The position numbers were made by a program, and so were the translations under genes. A DNA stretch of 64,000 bases, taken from contig CBDBPB010000002.1 in NCBI GenBank assembly GCA_965208615.1, forward strand, positions 104,054-168,053. Reading direction: 5' to 3'. Source of the stretch: Spirochaetota bacterium (lineage in GTDB: Bacteria; Spirochaetota; UBA6919; CBDBPB01). The notes beneath the pieces were generated by a model. That model was not told the DNA's origin. It saw nothing but the letters and a program-made list of their open reading frames with translations, and searched no databases. Shown here piece after piece: positions 10,099 through 19,485 of the stretch (within the stretch, counting starts at the first letter, position 1; each line of letters opens with the position of its first letter).

Positions 10099-10470
10099 GA
10101 AGTTTTACACATAACGTCAATATCTAATATTTAAATAATCCGCTCTACACCTTTATGGAACTGCAAATCCGTTAACACTTAATAAGGGTCTATAATCCTT
10201 AGTCTCAGTAAGGGATTCTTAATAGCTCCCGTAATGATGACTACTTGCATAAAAAGTGATATTTTGTGTTAATTACTAAGGCATTTAAACAGCACTTAAA
10301 GAGCATATAGGGATAACCTGCTTGACACAGGAAAATAACTTTTCCATAAATATTTTAACTTTCCTGTTCCACAAAGAGATATAAAATACATCTGCCTTTA
10401 CGTTATATGTCTTGCTTTTTACCTTGTAGACTTTGTCATAACTATGTCATAAAATGACAACTGAATTATT
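10045..10470. repeat. Conserved non-coding block, copy 1
   Basis: Aligns by eye with 46757-47180 with only scattered substitutions. Confidence 0.92.
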
Positions 10471-10475
10471 AAATA

Positions 10476-11321
10476 ATATCCCTTTAGCCTTAACAAAAAA
10501 TAAATATACTTACTCGTCTGACTTAAAGTCTAAGCGTACAAGTTTATATGCATGTCTATTTTCAACAACCTAAACTTGATGGAGTATCCGTTATACTAAA
10601 CCATAAAAAAGAAAAACTATATTCCCTTTAACCTCAACAAAAAATAAATATACCTACCAGCCCTAACTCAAGGTCTGAGCGTACAAGTTTATATGCATGT
10701 CTATTGTCAACAACCTAAACTTGATAGAGTGCCTGTTATACTAAACCATAAAAAAGAAAAACTATATTCCCCTTAGCCTCAACAAAAAATAAATATACTT
10801 ACTCGCCTGACTTAAAGTCTAAGCGTACAAGTTTATATGCATGTCTATTGTCAACAACCTAAACTTGATGAAGTATCCGTTATACTAAACCATAAAAAAG
10901 AAAAACTATATTCCCCTTAGCCTCAACAAAAAATAAATATACTTACTCGCCTGACTTAAAGTCTAAGCGTACAAGTTTATATGCATGTCTATTGTCAACA
11001 ACCTAAACTTGATGAAGTATCCGTTATACTAAACCATAAAAAAGAAAAACTATATTCCCCTTAGCCTTAACAAAAAATAAATATACTTACCCGCCTGACT
11101 TAAAGTCTAAGCGTACAAGTTTATATGCATGTCTATTGCCAACAACCTAAACTTGATGGAGTGCCTGTTATACTAAACCATAAAAAAGAAAAGCTATATT
11201 CCCCTTAGCCTTAACAAAAAATAAATATACTTACTCGCCTGACTCAAGGTCTGAGCGTACAAGTTTATATGCATGTCTATTGTCAACAACCTAAACTTGA
11301 TGAAGTATCCGTTATACTAAA
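10476..11321 (-). repeat. ~144-bp tandem array, 6 units; each unit is an inverted copy of the Cys-repeat gene 3' end plus terminator
   Basis: GCGTACAAGTTTATATGCATGTC at 10534, 10679, 10823, 10967, 11111, 11255; reverse complement matches ~50290-50420. Confidence 0.95.
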
Positions 11322-11416
11322 TTATCACATATTATGTATAGGTATGGCAATTGGGAATATTAAAACCTCTTATTAAAATATAGCTATCCCCTTTGAAATA
11401 GGTTTAAGTACTTTTT

Positions 11417-14136
11417 CAGGATGCGGAGAGGATGATATATCCTGTGAGGCTCTGGGTGATTGTGATAAAAATGTTGAAAGTCAGCTAGAGAAAGCAAAAG
11501 ATGAGGTTACAGCTGCAAATAAAGAGGTTAACGATGCAAAGAAAGAGGTTAAAAAGGATAAAAAATTAACGCCTGAAGAATTAGAAGAAGCAAGAAAAAA
11601 ATTAGAAGAAGCAAGAAAAAAATTAGAAGAAGCAGAAAAAAGATTAAAAGAAGCAAAAAAGATATTAGAAAAGCTAGAAGATATGTTCCTTAAGGTTTGC
11701 AAGGTAACAAGAACTACGGATGCTTATATTAACGCTGTTACTTGTAATAAGACTCTCGAGGATAAGTGTAATGGTGAGTGGGATTCACAAGACTGTATAG
11801 CGTCTCTTGGTACGGCAATTGGGGTATGTAGAGTAGAAAAAGATACAACTACTCGTACTGACGTTGTTACTTGTAATACGATGGTTCAAAGTGAGTGTGA
11901 TGACAAACTAGGTGAGTGGGGCTTGCAAAGCTGTACTACAAATCCTGGTACTAAAAGGCTAAAAGCAGTGCCAGAAGCAATATGCAAGGTAATTAGAGAT
12001 ACAGCTTCTCATGCTAATGTAGTTACTTGTAATACAATGGTTCAAAGTGAGTGTAGTAAAAGTAAAAGAAAAGGTAATTGGAATCCACAAATCTGTAATC
12101 CAGATATTGGTACGCCAATAAGTAAAACCTGTAAGATAATAAAAGATTCGGATACTCATACTGATGTTGTTACTTGTCAGACTACTACTAAGGCTGATTG
12201 TCCAAGTCCAAGTGTGTGGGATCCAAAAACCTGTATTCCGTCTATTGGTAATACATGTAAGATAACAGAAAATACGGATAGTCATACCGGCGTTGTTACT
12301 TGTAAAAAAACTACTAAGGATGATTGTCAAGGTGAGGGGCGTGCGTGGGGTCTACTAGCCTGTACTGAGTCTATTGGTACTCCAATAACTAAGACATGCA
12401 AAGTGGAAAAAGATACGGATAGTCATACCGGCGTTGTTACTTGTGATAAAACTACTAAAACTCAGTGTGATACTGATAAGGGTACCTGGGACCCACCAAG
12501 CTGTGAGCCGTCTGATGGTACAAAAAGGCAAACACCAGTGGAAGAAAAGGTTTGTAAGATAACAAAAGATACGGATACTCATACAGGCGTTGTTACTTGC
12601 GATAAGAATATTAAGACTGAGTGTGATACTAAACAAGGTGAGTGGGATCCACAAACCTGTACTCCGTTTACTGGTCAGCCCAAGACTAAGATTTGTAAGA
12701 TAACAACAGAGACGTATACTCATACAGGCGTTGTTACTTGTGATACAACTACTAAGGCTCAGTGTGATACTGATAATGGTGATTGGGACTCACAAAGCTG
12801 TACTACAAATCCTGGTACGCCTAAGACTAAGGTTTGCAAGATAACAGAAAATACGCCTACTCGTAGAGGTGTTGTTACTTGTGATACAGCTACTAAAACT
12901 CAGTGTGATACTGATAAGGGTGAGTGGGGCTTAAAAAGTTGTACTCCATCTAAGGGTAAGGCAATTAAGGTTTGTAAGATAACAACAGAGACGCCTAGTC
13001 ATACAGGCGTTGTTACTTGTGAGAAAACTACTAAAACTAAGTGTGATACTAAACATGGTGAGTGGGACTCAACAAACTGTACTCCGTCTGCTGGTACGCC
13101 CATACCAAATGGTACGCCCATACCACCTGGGGTTGTTTTTGTAAAAGCTGGAACTCGTACTACTAAAAATGGGAAATCCTGGAATACTGCTTATAGTGAT
13201 CTTCAAAAAGGTATTGAGGAAGCCTCAGAAAAGTTTAAGTCTACTAAAAAACCTGTTAAGGTATATGTAGCCCAAGGGACTTATAAGCCTCAGAGTAGGC
13301 CAAATGGTGGTACTAGTGATCGTCATAACCATTTTTCATTAAGGAATGGTGTAGAGGTTATTGGGGGTTTTCCTGGTCTAATTACTGGTGAGTCTAATAA
13401 TCCTAACTACTATAAGACTGTCCTAAGCGGTGATATCAGAAGAGTGGGCGATGATAGTGATAACGCCTATCATGTTTTTTATCATCCAGCTACTGCAAAG
13501 CTAGATAACACTGCAAAGTTAGTAGGGGTTATAATTACCAAAGGCAATACTAATACTAGTAGTAATTCCCATAGTTCTGGAGGAGGCATGTTTAATTATG
13601 AGAGCTCTCCAACGTTAACAAATGTGGAGTTTAATAGTAATACGGCATCATACGGAGGGGGCATGGATAATACTAGTAGTAGCTCTCCAACGTTAACAAA
13701 TGTGGAGTTTAATAGTAATACGGCATCATACGGAGGGGGCATGTTTAATTTTAATAATAGCTCTCCAACGTTAAAAGATGTGACTTTTACTAGTAATACG
13801 GCTACTTATAGAGGAGGGGGCATGTATAATTATAATGAGAGCTCTCCCACTTTAACAAATGTGACTTTTACTAGTAATACGGCTAATAGGTACGGAGGGG
13901 GCATGGTTAATTGGGGTAATAGCAAGCCCACTTTAGATAATACGGTGATTTTTAATAAAAACATTGCTGGTAGTGTTGCTAATAGCCAAATAGGCAAAGG
14001 CGGGGCTATTTATAATTATTCCTCAAGCATAACAGGCACACCAACCTATGGAACGGGTACTAATGAAAATAAAAAGGTTGTCAAAAATAATAATGGCACA
14101 TATAAACTTATAAAGTCAAACCTTGACTCAGACTAA
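11417..14136 (+). pseudogene. Cys-repeat/beta-helix surface protein copy 1, 5'-truncated (no RBS, start codon or signal peptide; first in-frame ATG at 11683)
   Basis: Frame open from 11377; GCGEDDISCEALGDCDKNVESQL identical to the 47689 gene; 10 four-Cys repeats and 5 GGGM-x-N repeats. Confidence 0.8.
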
Positions 14137-14248
14137 TAAGTATATTTATTTAGTCCGTTAAAATTAAGGGGAGTATAGCTCCTCTTTTTTTTATGGTTTT
14201 TATAACAAAGTAGCATAAATAGCAGTTATAGCATAGATAGACTTGACT
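14134..14248. repeat. 115-bp direct repeat after gene 1
   Basis: Identical to 15746-15860 except one base. Confidence 0.95.
14167..14192 (+). terminator. Rho-independent terminator
   Basis: AGGGGAG-tatag-CTCCTCT followed by a T run. Confidence 0.75.
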
Positions 14249-14374
14249 TATCCTTCTATAAATATTATCCTATGTGATAGAACAAGTTAATTTACTTTTA
14301 ATTCTATAGTTTTTAATAAAAAGTTGTTTTTTGTTTAGTTTGAGTTATCTTATAAAAAAACAAGGAATTAAGTT

Positions 14375-15748
14375 ATGACAAAAAAGAATTATTTAAACAT
14401 TTTAATAATACTATTAATTAGTATTTCGTTAGTTAGGGGCAAGTGCGATTCCGATAAGGTAATAAGTCCTCCTTCTGATGGTACAGAAAGGCCAGAACCA
14501 GTGGAAGAAAAGGTTTGTAAGATAACAACAGATACGGATACTCGTAGAGGTGTTGTTACTTGTGAAAAGAATACTACTAATTGTCAAGGTGAGTGGGTCG
14601 TAGGATGTCGTCCATCTAACGGTATACTTATTCCAAAAGCTCAAAAAGATCAAATTTTTGTAAAAGCTTTAAACCAAGATGAAAGGCGCTCTAATGAAGA
14701 TGGAAAGTCCTGGACAACTGCCTTTAGTGATCTTCAAAAAGGTATTAAGTATGCTTTTGAGAATAATAAAAAGATGGTATATGTAGCCCAAGGGACTTAT
14801 AAGCCTACTAGTTATCCAAATGGTGGTAGTGGTGATGATCGTTATAAGCATTTTTCATTAAGGAATGGTATAGAGGTTATTGGAGGCTTTCCCGGTGAAA
14901 AGCTTGATGAGCCTAATAATCCTGAGCAATATGAGACTATTCTAAGCGGTGATATTGGAACTAAAGATGATAGAGATAACGTCTATCATGTTTTTTATCA
15001 TCCTGATGGTACAAACCTAAATAACTCAGCAAAGCTAGCTGGGGTTACAATTACCCAAGGCTATGCTTATTTTGCGTCTCCTGATGTTAATGAGCCTCGT
15101 AAGTTAGGAGGGGGCATGTATAATTTTAAGAGCTCTCCAACGTTAACAACTGTGACTTTTCGTAATAATACGGCTAGAGATGGAGGGGGCATGTATAATT
15201 TTAAGAGCTCTCCAACGTTAACAGGTGTGGCTTTTACTGAAAATACGGCTATTACCGGAGGGGGCATGCGTAATTATAAGGATAGCTCCCCAACGTTAAA
15301 AGATGTGACTTTTACTAAAAATGAGGCTACTGTTAACGGAGGGGGCATGCATAATTGGGATAATAGCTCTCCAAAGTTAACAGATGTGACTTTTACTAAG
15401 AATAAGGCTACTATTAACGGAGGGGGCGGCATGTATAATTATTATTATAGCTCCCCAAAGTTAACAGGTGTGACTTTTAATAGTAATACGGCTAGTAGGT
15501 ACGGAGGGGGCATGTTTAATTTTGTTGGTTGCTCTCCAGAGTTCATAAGTAATGTGGTTTTTAATAAAAACATTGTTGGTAGTGTTGGTAGTGACCTAAT
15601 AAGCTACGGCGGGGCTATTTATAATAGTAAGACTTCAGCCATAACAGGCACTCCAACCTATGGAACGGGTGATGATGAAAATAAAAAGGTTGTCAAAAAT
15701 ACAGATGGCACATATAGTTTTGTAAAGTCAAACAGTTGGCCATGGTAA
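14375..15748 (+). CDS. Cys-repeat/beta-helix surface protein copy 2 (signal peptide, 1 Cys repeat, 6 Pmp-like GGGM-x-N repeats)
   Basis: AAGGA RBS; DGKSWTTAFSDLQ, VYVAQGTYKP, IEVIGGF, TILSGDIG beta-helix N-cap; intact ORF. Confidence 0.85.
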   Translation: MTKKNYLNILIILLISISLVRGKCDSDKVISPPSDGTERPEPVEEKVCKITTDTDTRRGVVTCEKNTTNCQGEWVVGCRPSNGILIPKAQKDQIFVKALNQDERRSNEDGKSWTTAFSDLQKGIKYAFENNKKMVYVAQGTYKPTSYPNGGSGDDRYKHFSLRNGIEVIGGFPGEKLDEPNNPEQYETILSGDIGTKDDRDNVYHVFYHPDGTNLNNSAKLAGVTITQGYAYFASPDVNEPRKLGGGMYNFKSSPTLTTVTFRNNTARDGGGMYNFKSSPTLTGVAFTENTAITGGGMRNYKDSSPTLKDVTFTKNEATVNGGGMHNWDNSSPKLTDVTFTKNKATINGGGGMYNYYYSSPKLTGVTFNSNTASRYGGGMFNFVGCSPEFISNVVFNKNIVGSVGSDLISYGGAIYNSKTSAITGTPTYGTGDDENKKVVKNTDGTYSFVKSNSWPW

Positions 15749-15860
15749 TAAGTATATTTATTTAGTCCGTTAAAATTAAGGGGAGCATAGCTCCTCTTTT
15801 TTTTATGGTTTTTATAACAAAGTAGCATAAATAGCAGTTATAGCATAGATAGACTTGACT
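15746..15860. repeat. 115-bp direct repeat after gene 2, including terminator at 15779-15804
   Basis: Matches 14134-14248. Confidence 0.95.
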
Positions 15861-15905
15861 ATATATTTAATTTTGATATATATTTTTATAGTGCATAGAA
15901 GACTA

Positions 15906-16100
15906 TTAAGCTTTAAGATTTATCATATTGCTTAGCCAAGGAATGATATTACTATTAATTTGTGGGGCTTGAGCCTGTTTTTTTATAAGGTGCAAAGCAA
16001 GGTCATGTTTAATTTGGATAGCTTTTTCAATTGTATTTAGTTGAGCTTGTTGATGGGCATTTTGCATAGCTACTGCATTAGTTGTTTGTACAATATTCAT
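15906..16100 (-). CDS. Small YjfB-like (putative motility) protein
   Basis: 64 aa, AAAGGAG RBS, Q/A-rich helix and C-terminal ...LSNMINLKA pattern. Confidence 0.55.
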   Translation of the reverse strand: MNIVQTTNAVAMQNAHQQAQLNTIEKAIQIKHDLALHLIKKQAQAPQINSNIIPWLSNMINLKA

Positions 16101-16300
16101 TTTAACTCCTTTTTATAATTAAAGTATCGGTAATATATAATTTAATACAAGGATTATAATATAAAAATAAATTTTATATACTTGTTAAATTATGTTTAGA
16201 TAGCTTATAATAAATCTTATTTTTTTTTAAATTAACTTGTATTATGTTGTATTTCTTTTTATAATTTACGAGTTAAGTAATTTTAAATATTATTGTATAC

Positions 16301-16345
16301 AAAGCTATTTAACTATAATAAAGCTATTTAACTATAATAAAGCTA
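16301..16345 (+). promoter_or_regulatory. 19-bp tandem repeat containing TATAAT, directly upstream of nuoA
   Basis: AAAGCTATTTAACTATAAT x2 plus a partial third copy. Confidence 0.5.
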
Positions 16346-16364
16346 ATATGAGTTAACAGAGTTT

Positions 16365-16722
16365 ATGAGAGAAGAATTTATACCTATTGTTATATATACG
16401 GCTTTAGTTGTTGGTTTAGGTCTTTTATTTTTACTTATGTCGAGGTATATTGGGCCAATAAAAAAGTCTAAGCAGAAGTATGATCCTTATGAGTGTGGAG
16501 TAGAGCCAATAGATTCTTTAAGAAAGAGGTTTCATATAAGGTTTTTACTTAATAGCTGCGTTATTTATTTTGTTTGACATTGAAACTGTATTTTTATTGC
16601 CATGGGCGGTAACTTTTGCTGATATGACTATATTAGCTATAGTTGAGGTTGTTGTATTCATAGGTATTTTGGCTATTGGACTATTATATATTATTAAAAA
16701 GAAGGTATTTCAATGGGATTAG
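16365..16722 (+). CDS. nuoA: NADH-quinone oxidoreductase subunit A (frameshift ~16545)
   Basis: PYECG; LFDIETVFLLPWA in the alternate frame. Confidence 0.9.
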
Positions 16723-17199
16723 AGTCTCATTTACATGGTTTTATTACTACTAAGCTTGACAAGCTGGTTAATTGGGGACGAAAGAACTCATTATGGGCCT
16801 ATGCCTTTTGGGGTAGCATGTTGTGCAATAGAGTTTATGGGTTTACTTTGTTCACGGTTTGATTTAGCTCGATTTGGAGCTGAGGTAATACGTTTTTCTC
16901 CAAGACAGTCTGATTTACTTATTATATCTGGTAGGATATCTATCAAGATGTTGCCTGTTCTAATAAAGATTTATGAGCAGATGCCTGCACCAAAGTGGGT
17001 TATTAGTGTTGGAGCTTGTTGTTCATCTGGGGGAGTGTTTGATACATATACTCTTATACAGGGTGTGGATCAGTTTATACCTGTTGATTGTTATGTACCT
17101 GGTTGTCCACCAAGGCCAGAGGCATTTATAGAGGCTCTTATGTTCATTCAGAAAAAGATAGACAGCGAAAGAATACAGGATAACATACACGGAAAGTAA
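16713..17199 (+). CDS. nuoB: NADH-quinone oxidoreductase subunit B (frameshift ~16795)
   Basis: NWGRKNSLW then FGVACCAIE, SPRQSD, PGCPPRPE. Confidence 0.92.
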
Positions 17200-17201
17200 T
17201 T

Positions 17202-17732
17202 ATGGATAATGATTCGGTAATTCAGCTATTAAAGTATAATTTAAACGATAAGATTATTAACCACTCTATATTTAGGGGGCTTTTGTCTATAGATATTATG
17301 GCTAGTTCTATTTTAGATATGGTATCTTTACTTAGGGCTAATGAGAAGTTAGATTTTTCTATGTTGATTGACATATCTGGGGTGGACTATTCTGACTTTA
17401 CTGATGATTTACCTGTTAACAGTCGTTTTGGGGTTATTTATATATTTTATTCTTTTGCAAATGATTTAAGGATTAAGGTTAGGGCATTTATACCTGATGA
17501 TAAGCCTGAGATAGATTCTATTTATGGTGAGTTTAAGGGTGCGGATTGGACTGAGAGAGAGATTTATGATATGTATGGTATTAGTTTTAGGGGGCATCCT
17601 AACTTGGAGCGTATACTAATGCCAGATTATTATAAACATCACCCACTACGTAAGGACTATCCTCTTAGGGGATTGGGAGAGAGAACTAACTTTCCTAAAT
17701 ATAACATATATGACAAGTTGAATAGAGAGTAA
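17202..17732 (+). CDS. nuoC: NADH-quinone oxidoreductase subunit C
   Basis: EREIYDMYGI.F.GHP, HPLRKDYP. Confidence 0.95.
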   Translation: MDNDSVIQLLKYNLNDKIINHSIFRGLLSIDIMASSILDMVSLLRANEKLDFSMLIDISGVDYSDFTDDLPVNSRFGVIYIFYSFANDLRIKVRAFIPDDKPEIDSIYGEFKGADWTEREIYDMYGISFRGHPNLERILMPDYYKHHPLRKDYPLRGLGERTNFPKYNIYDKLNRE

Positions 17733-17733
17733 T

Positions 17734-18947
17734 ATGAGTGGTTATATTTTTTGACATAGAAGAAGAGATTGACTCTACCATTACAATTAATGTTGGGCCT
17801 AATCATCCTGCGACTCATGGTACTCTTAGGCTTAAGGTTGAGATGGATGGTGAGCGTATTATAAACTGTGAGCCAGAGATAGGTTTTTTACATACTGGTT
17901 TTGAGAAGCTTGCAGAGGATCGTAGTTACAATCAGTTTATAACTATGACTGATCGTATGAATTATATATCCCCTCTTAATAATAACATAGGTTTTGCTAT
18001 TGCTGCAGAGGAGCTTTTAGCTATTGAAGTACCTGAGAGAGCCCAAATTATACGGGTTATTATGGCGGAGCTATCTAGGATATCTGATCATATAATATGC
18101 GTTGGTTTACAGGGTATGGACCTTGGTGCATTTAGTGTATTTTTATGGACTATGGTAGAGAGGGAGAGGTTATATGATATATTTGAGCTTGTTACTGGTG
18201 CAAGACTGACTACTAGTTACACTCGTGTAGGGGGTTTAGCTTTTGATGTACCTTCTGACTTTGCTGAGAGAGTATTAAAGACCCTTGTTACTATAGAGAA
18301 GTGCATTGCCGAGATTGAGCTTATGCTATCCAAGAATAGGCTTTTTATTGACCGTTGCAAGGGTATTGGTTATTTGTCTAAGGAGGATGCTCTTAGTTAT
18401 GGTATTACTGGTCCTATATTACGGGCTAGTGGCGTAAATTATGATATTAGGAAGGTTAAGCCTTATTCGTCTTATGATAGGTTTGATTTTCTTATACCTG
18501 TTGAGCATGCTGGTGATAGTTATGCACGTTATATTGTTCGCATAGAGGAGATGAAGCAGAGTGTGAGTATTGTAAGGCAGGCTTTAAAGGTTTTACCTGG
18601 TGGAGAGGTTAATTATTTTAACAAGAAGCACATATTACCGAATAAGGATAAAACTTATAATGATATGGAGTCACTGATTCATCATTTTAAGGTAATAATG
18701 CCAGATGGAGATCATGGTATACATCCACCTATTGGAGAGGTATACTCATCTACTGAGGTACCCAATGGAGAACTAGGTTTTCATGTTGTTAGTGATGGGA
18801 CTTATAAGCCTTATAGGTTAAGGGTTAGGCCTCCATCTATTTTTAACTATCAGTGTTTTGATAAGTTATCAAAAGGACATTTAGTTGCAGATATACCTGC
18901 TATTCTTAGTAGTTTAAAATATCGTAGCTGGCGAATTAGATAGATAA
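17734..18947 (+). CDS. nuoD: NADH-quinone oxidoreductase subunit D (probable homopolymer indels at both ends)
   Basis: GPNHPATHGTLR, GFLHTGFEK, GELG, terminal IVAGELDR* in shifted frame. Confidence 0.95.
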
Positions 18948-18960
18948 AGGTTTTAGGACG

Positions 18961-19434
18961 ATGCTAAAAGAGTTTTCCAAAGAGATGAGAGAAGAGTTAG
19001 ACAGGCTTATAACTGTATTACCTAATAAGAAGGCGGTGTTATTACCTGCACTTCGTATTGCTGAGGAAAAGTTTGGCTTTGTTGATAGTGAGTCTTGTAA
19101 GTTAGTGGCTGGTATTTTAGGCTTATCTCCTTCTTATGTATACGGTACTCTTACCTTTTATACTCATTATAAGAGGGAGTTTCATGGTAAGTATAGGATT
19201 ATGGTATGCAGTACTTTGATGTGTTCTTTAAGGAATAGCAAGGGTATTTTAGAACATATAAAGGCTAGGCTGGGTATTGATGTTGGTGAAAAGACTGAGG
19301 ATGGTAAGTTTTCTATAGAGAAGGTTGAGTGCCTAGCTAGTTGTGGTACTGCTCCTTCCATACAAATAAATGATGATTTTTACGAGAATATGACTATAGA
19401 GAAGGTAGATGAGATATTAGATAGTTTGGATTAG
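18961..19434 (+). CDS. nuoE: NADH-quinone oxidoreductase subunit E
   Basis: TFY, CSTLMC, ECLASCGTAP. Confidence 0.95.
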   Translation: MLKEFSKEMREELDRLITVLPNKKAVLLPALRIAEEKFGFVDSESCKLVAGILGLSPSYVYGTLTFYTHYKREFHGKYRIMVCSTLMCSLRNSKGILEHIKARLGIDVGEKTEDGKFSIEKVECLASCGTAPSIQINDDFYENMTIEKVDEILDSLD

Positions 19435-19485
19435 TGGGTCATAGTTTAATTAAGTTATGGTGATATTAGTTTTGAGGTAATAGAG

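Noticed and set aside
10476-11321. CRISPR array
   Set aside because: Units are ~144 bp and near-identical along their whole length, with no unique spacers and no cas genes; the same applies to 45911-46725 and 9850-10098.
11959-12723. Antisense ORFs over the Cys repeats (also 14429, 48109, 49437)
   Set aside because: Shadow frames of repetitive coding sequence with no independent coding signal; the other short overlapping ORFs in the track were dismissed likewise.
14134-14248. Integron attC site
   Set aside because: No RYYYAAC...GTTRRRY pair with an extended palindrome and no integrase; the hairpin is an ordinary terminator.
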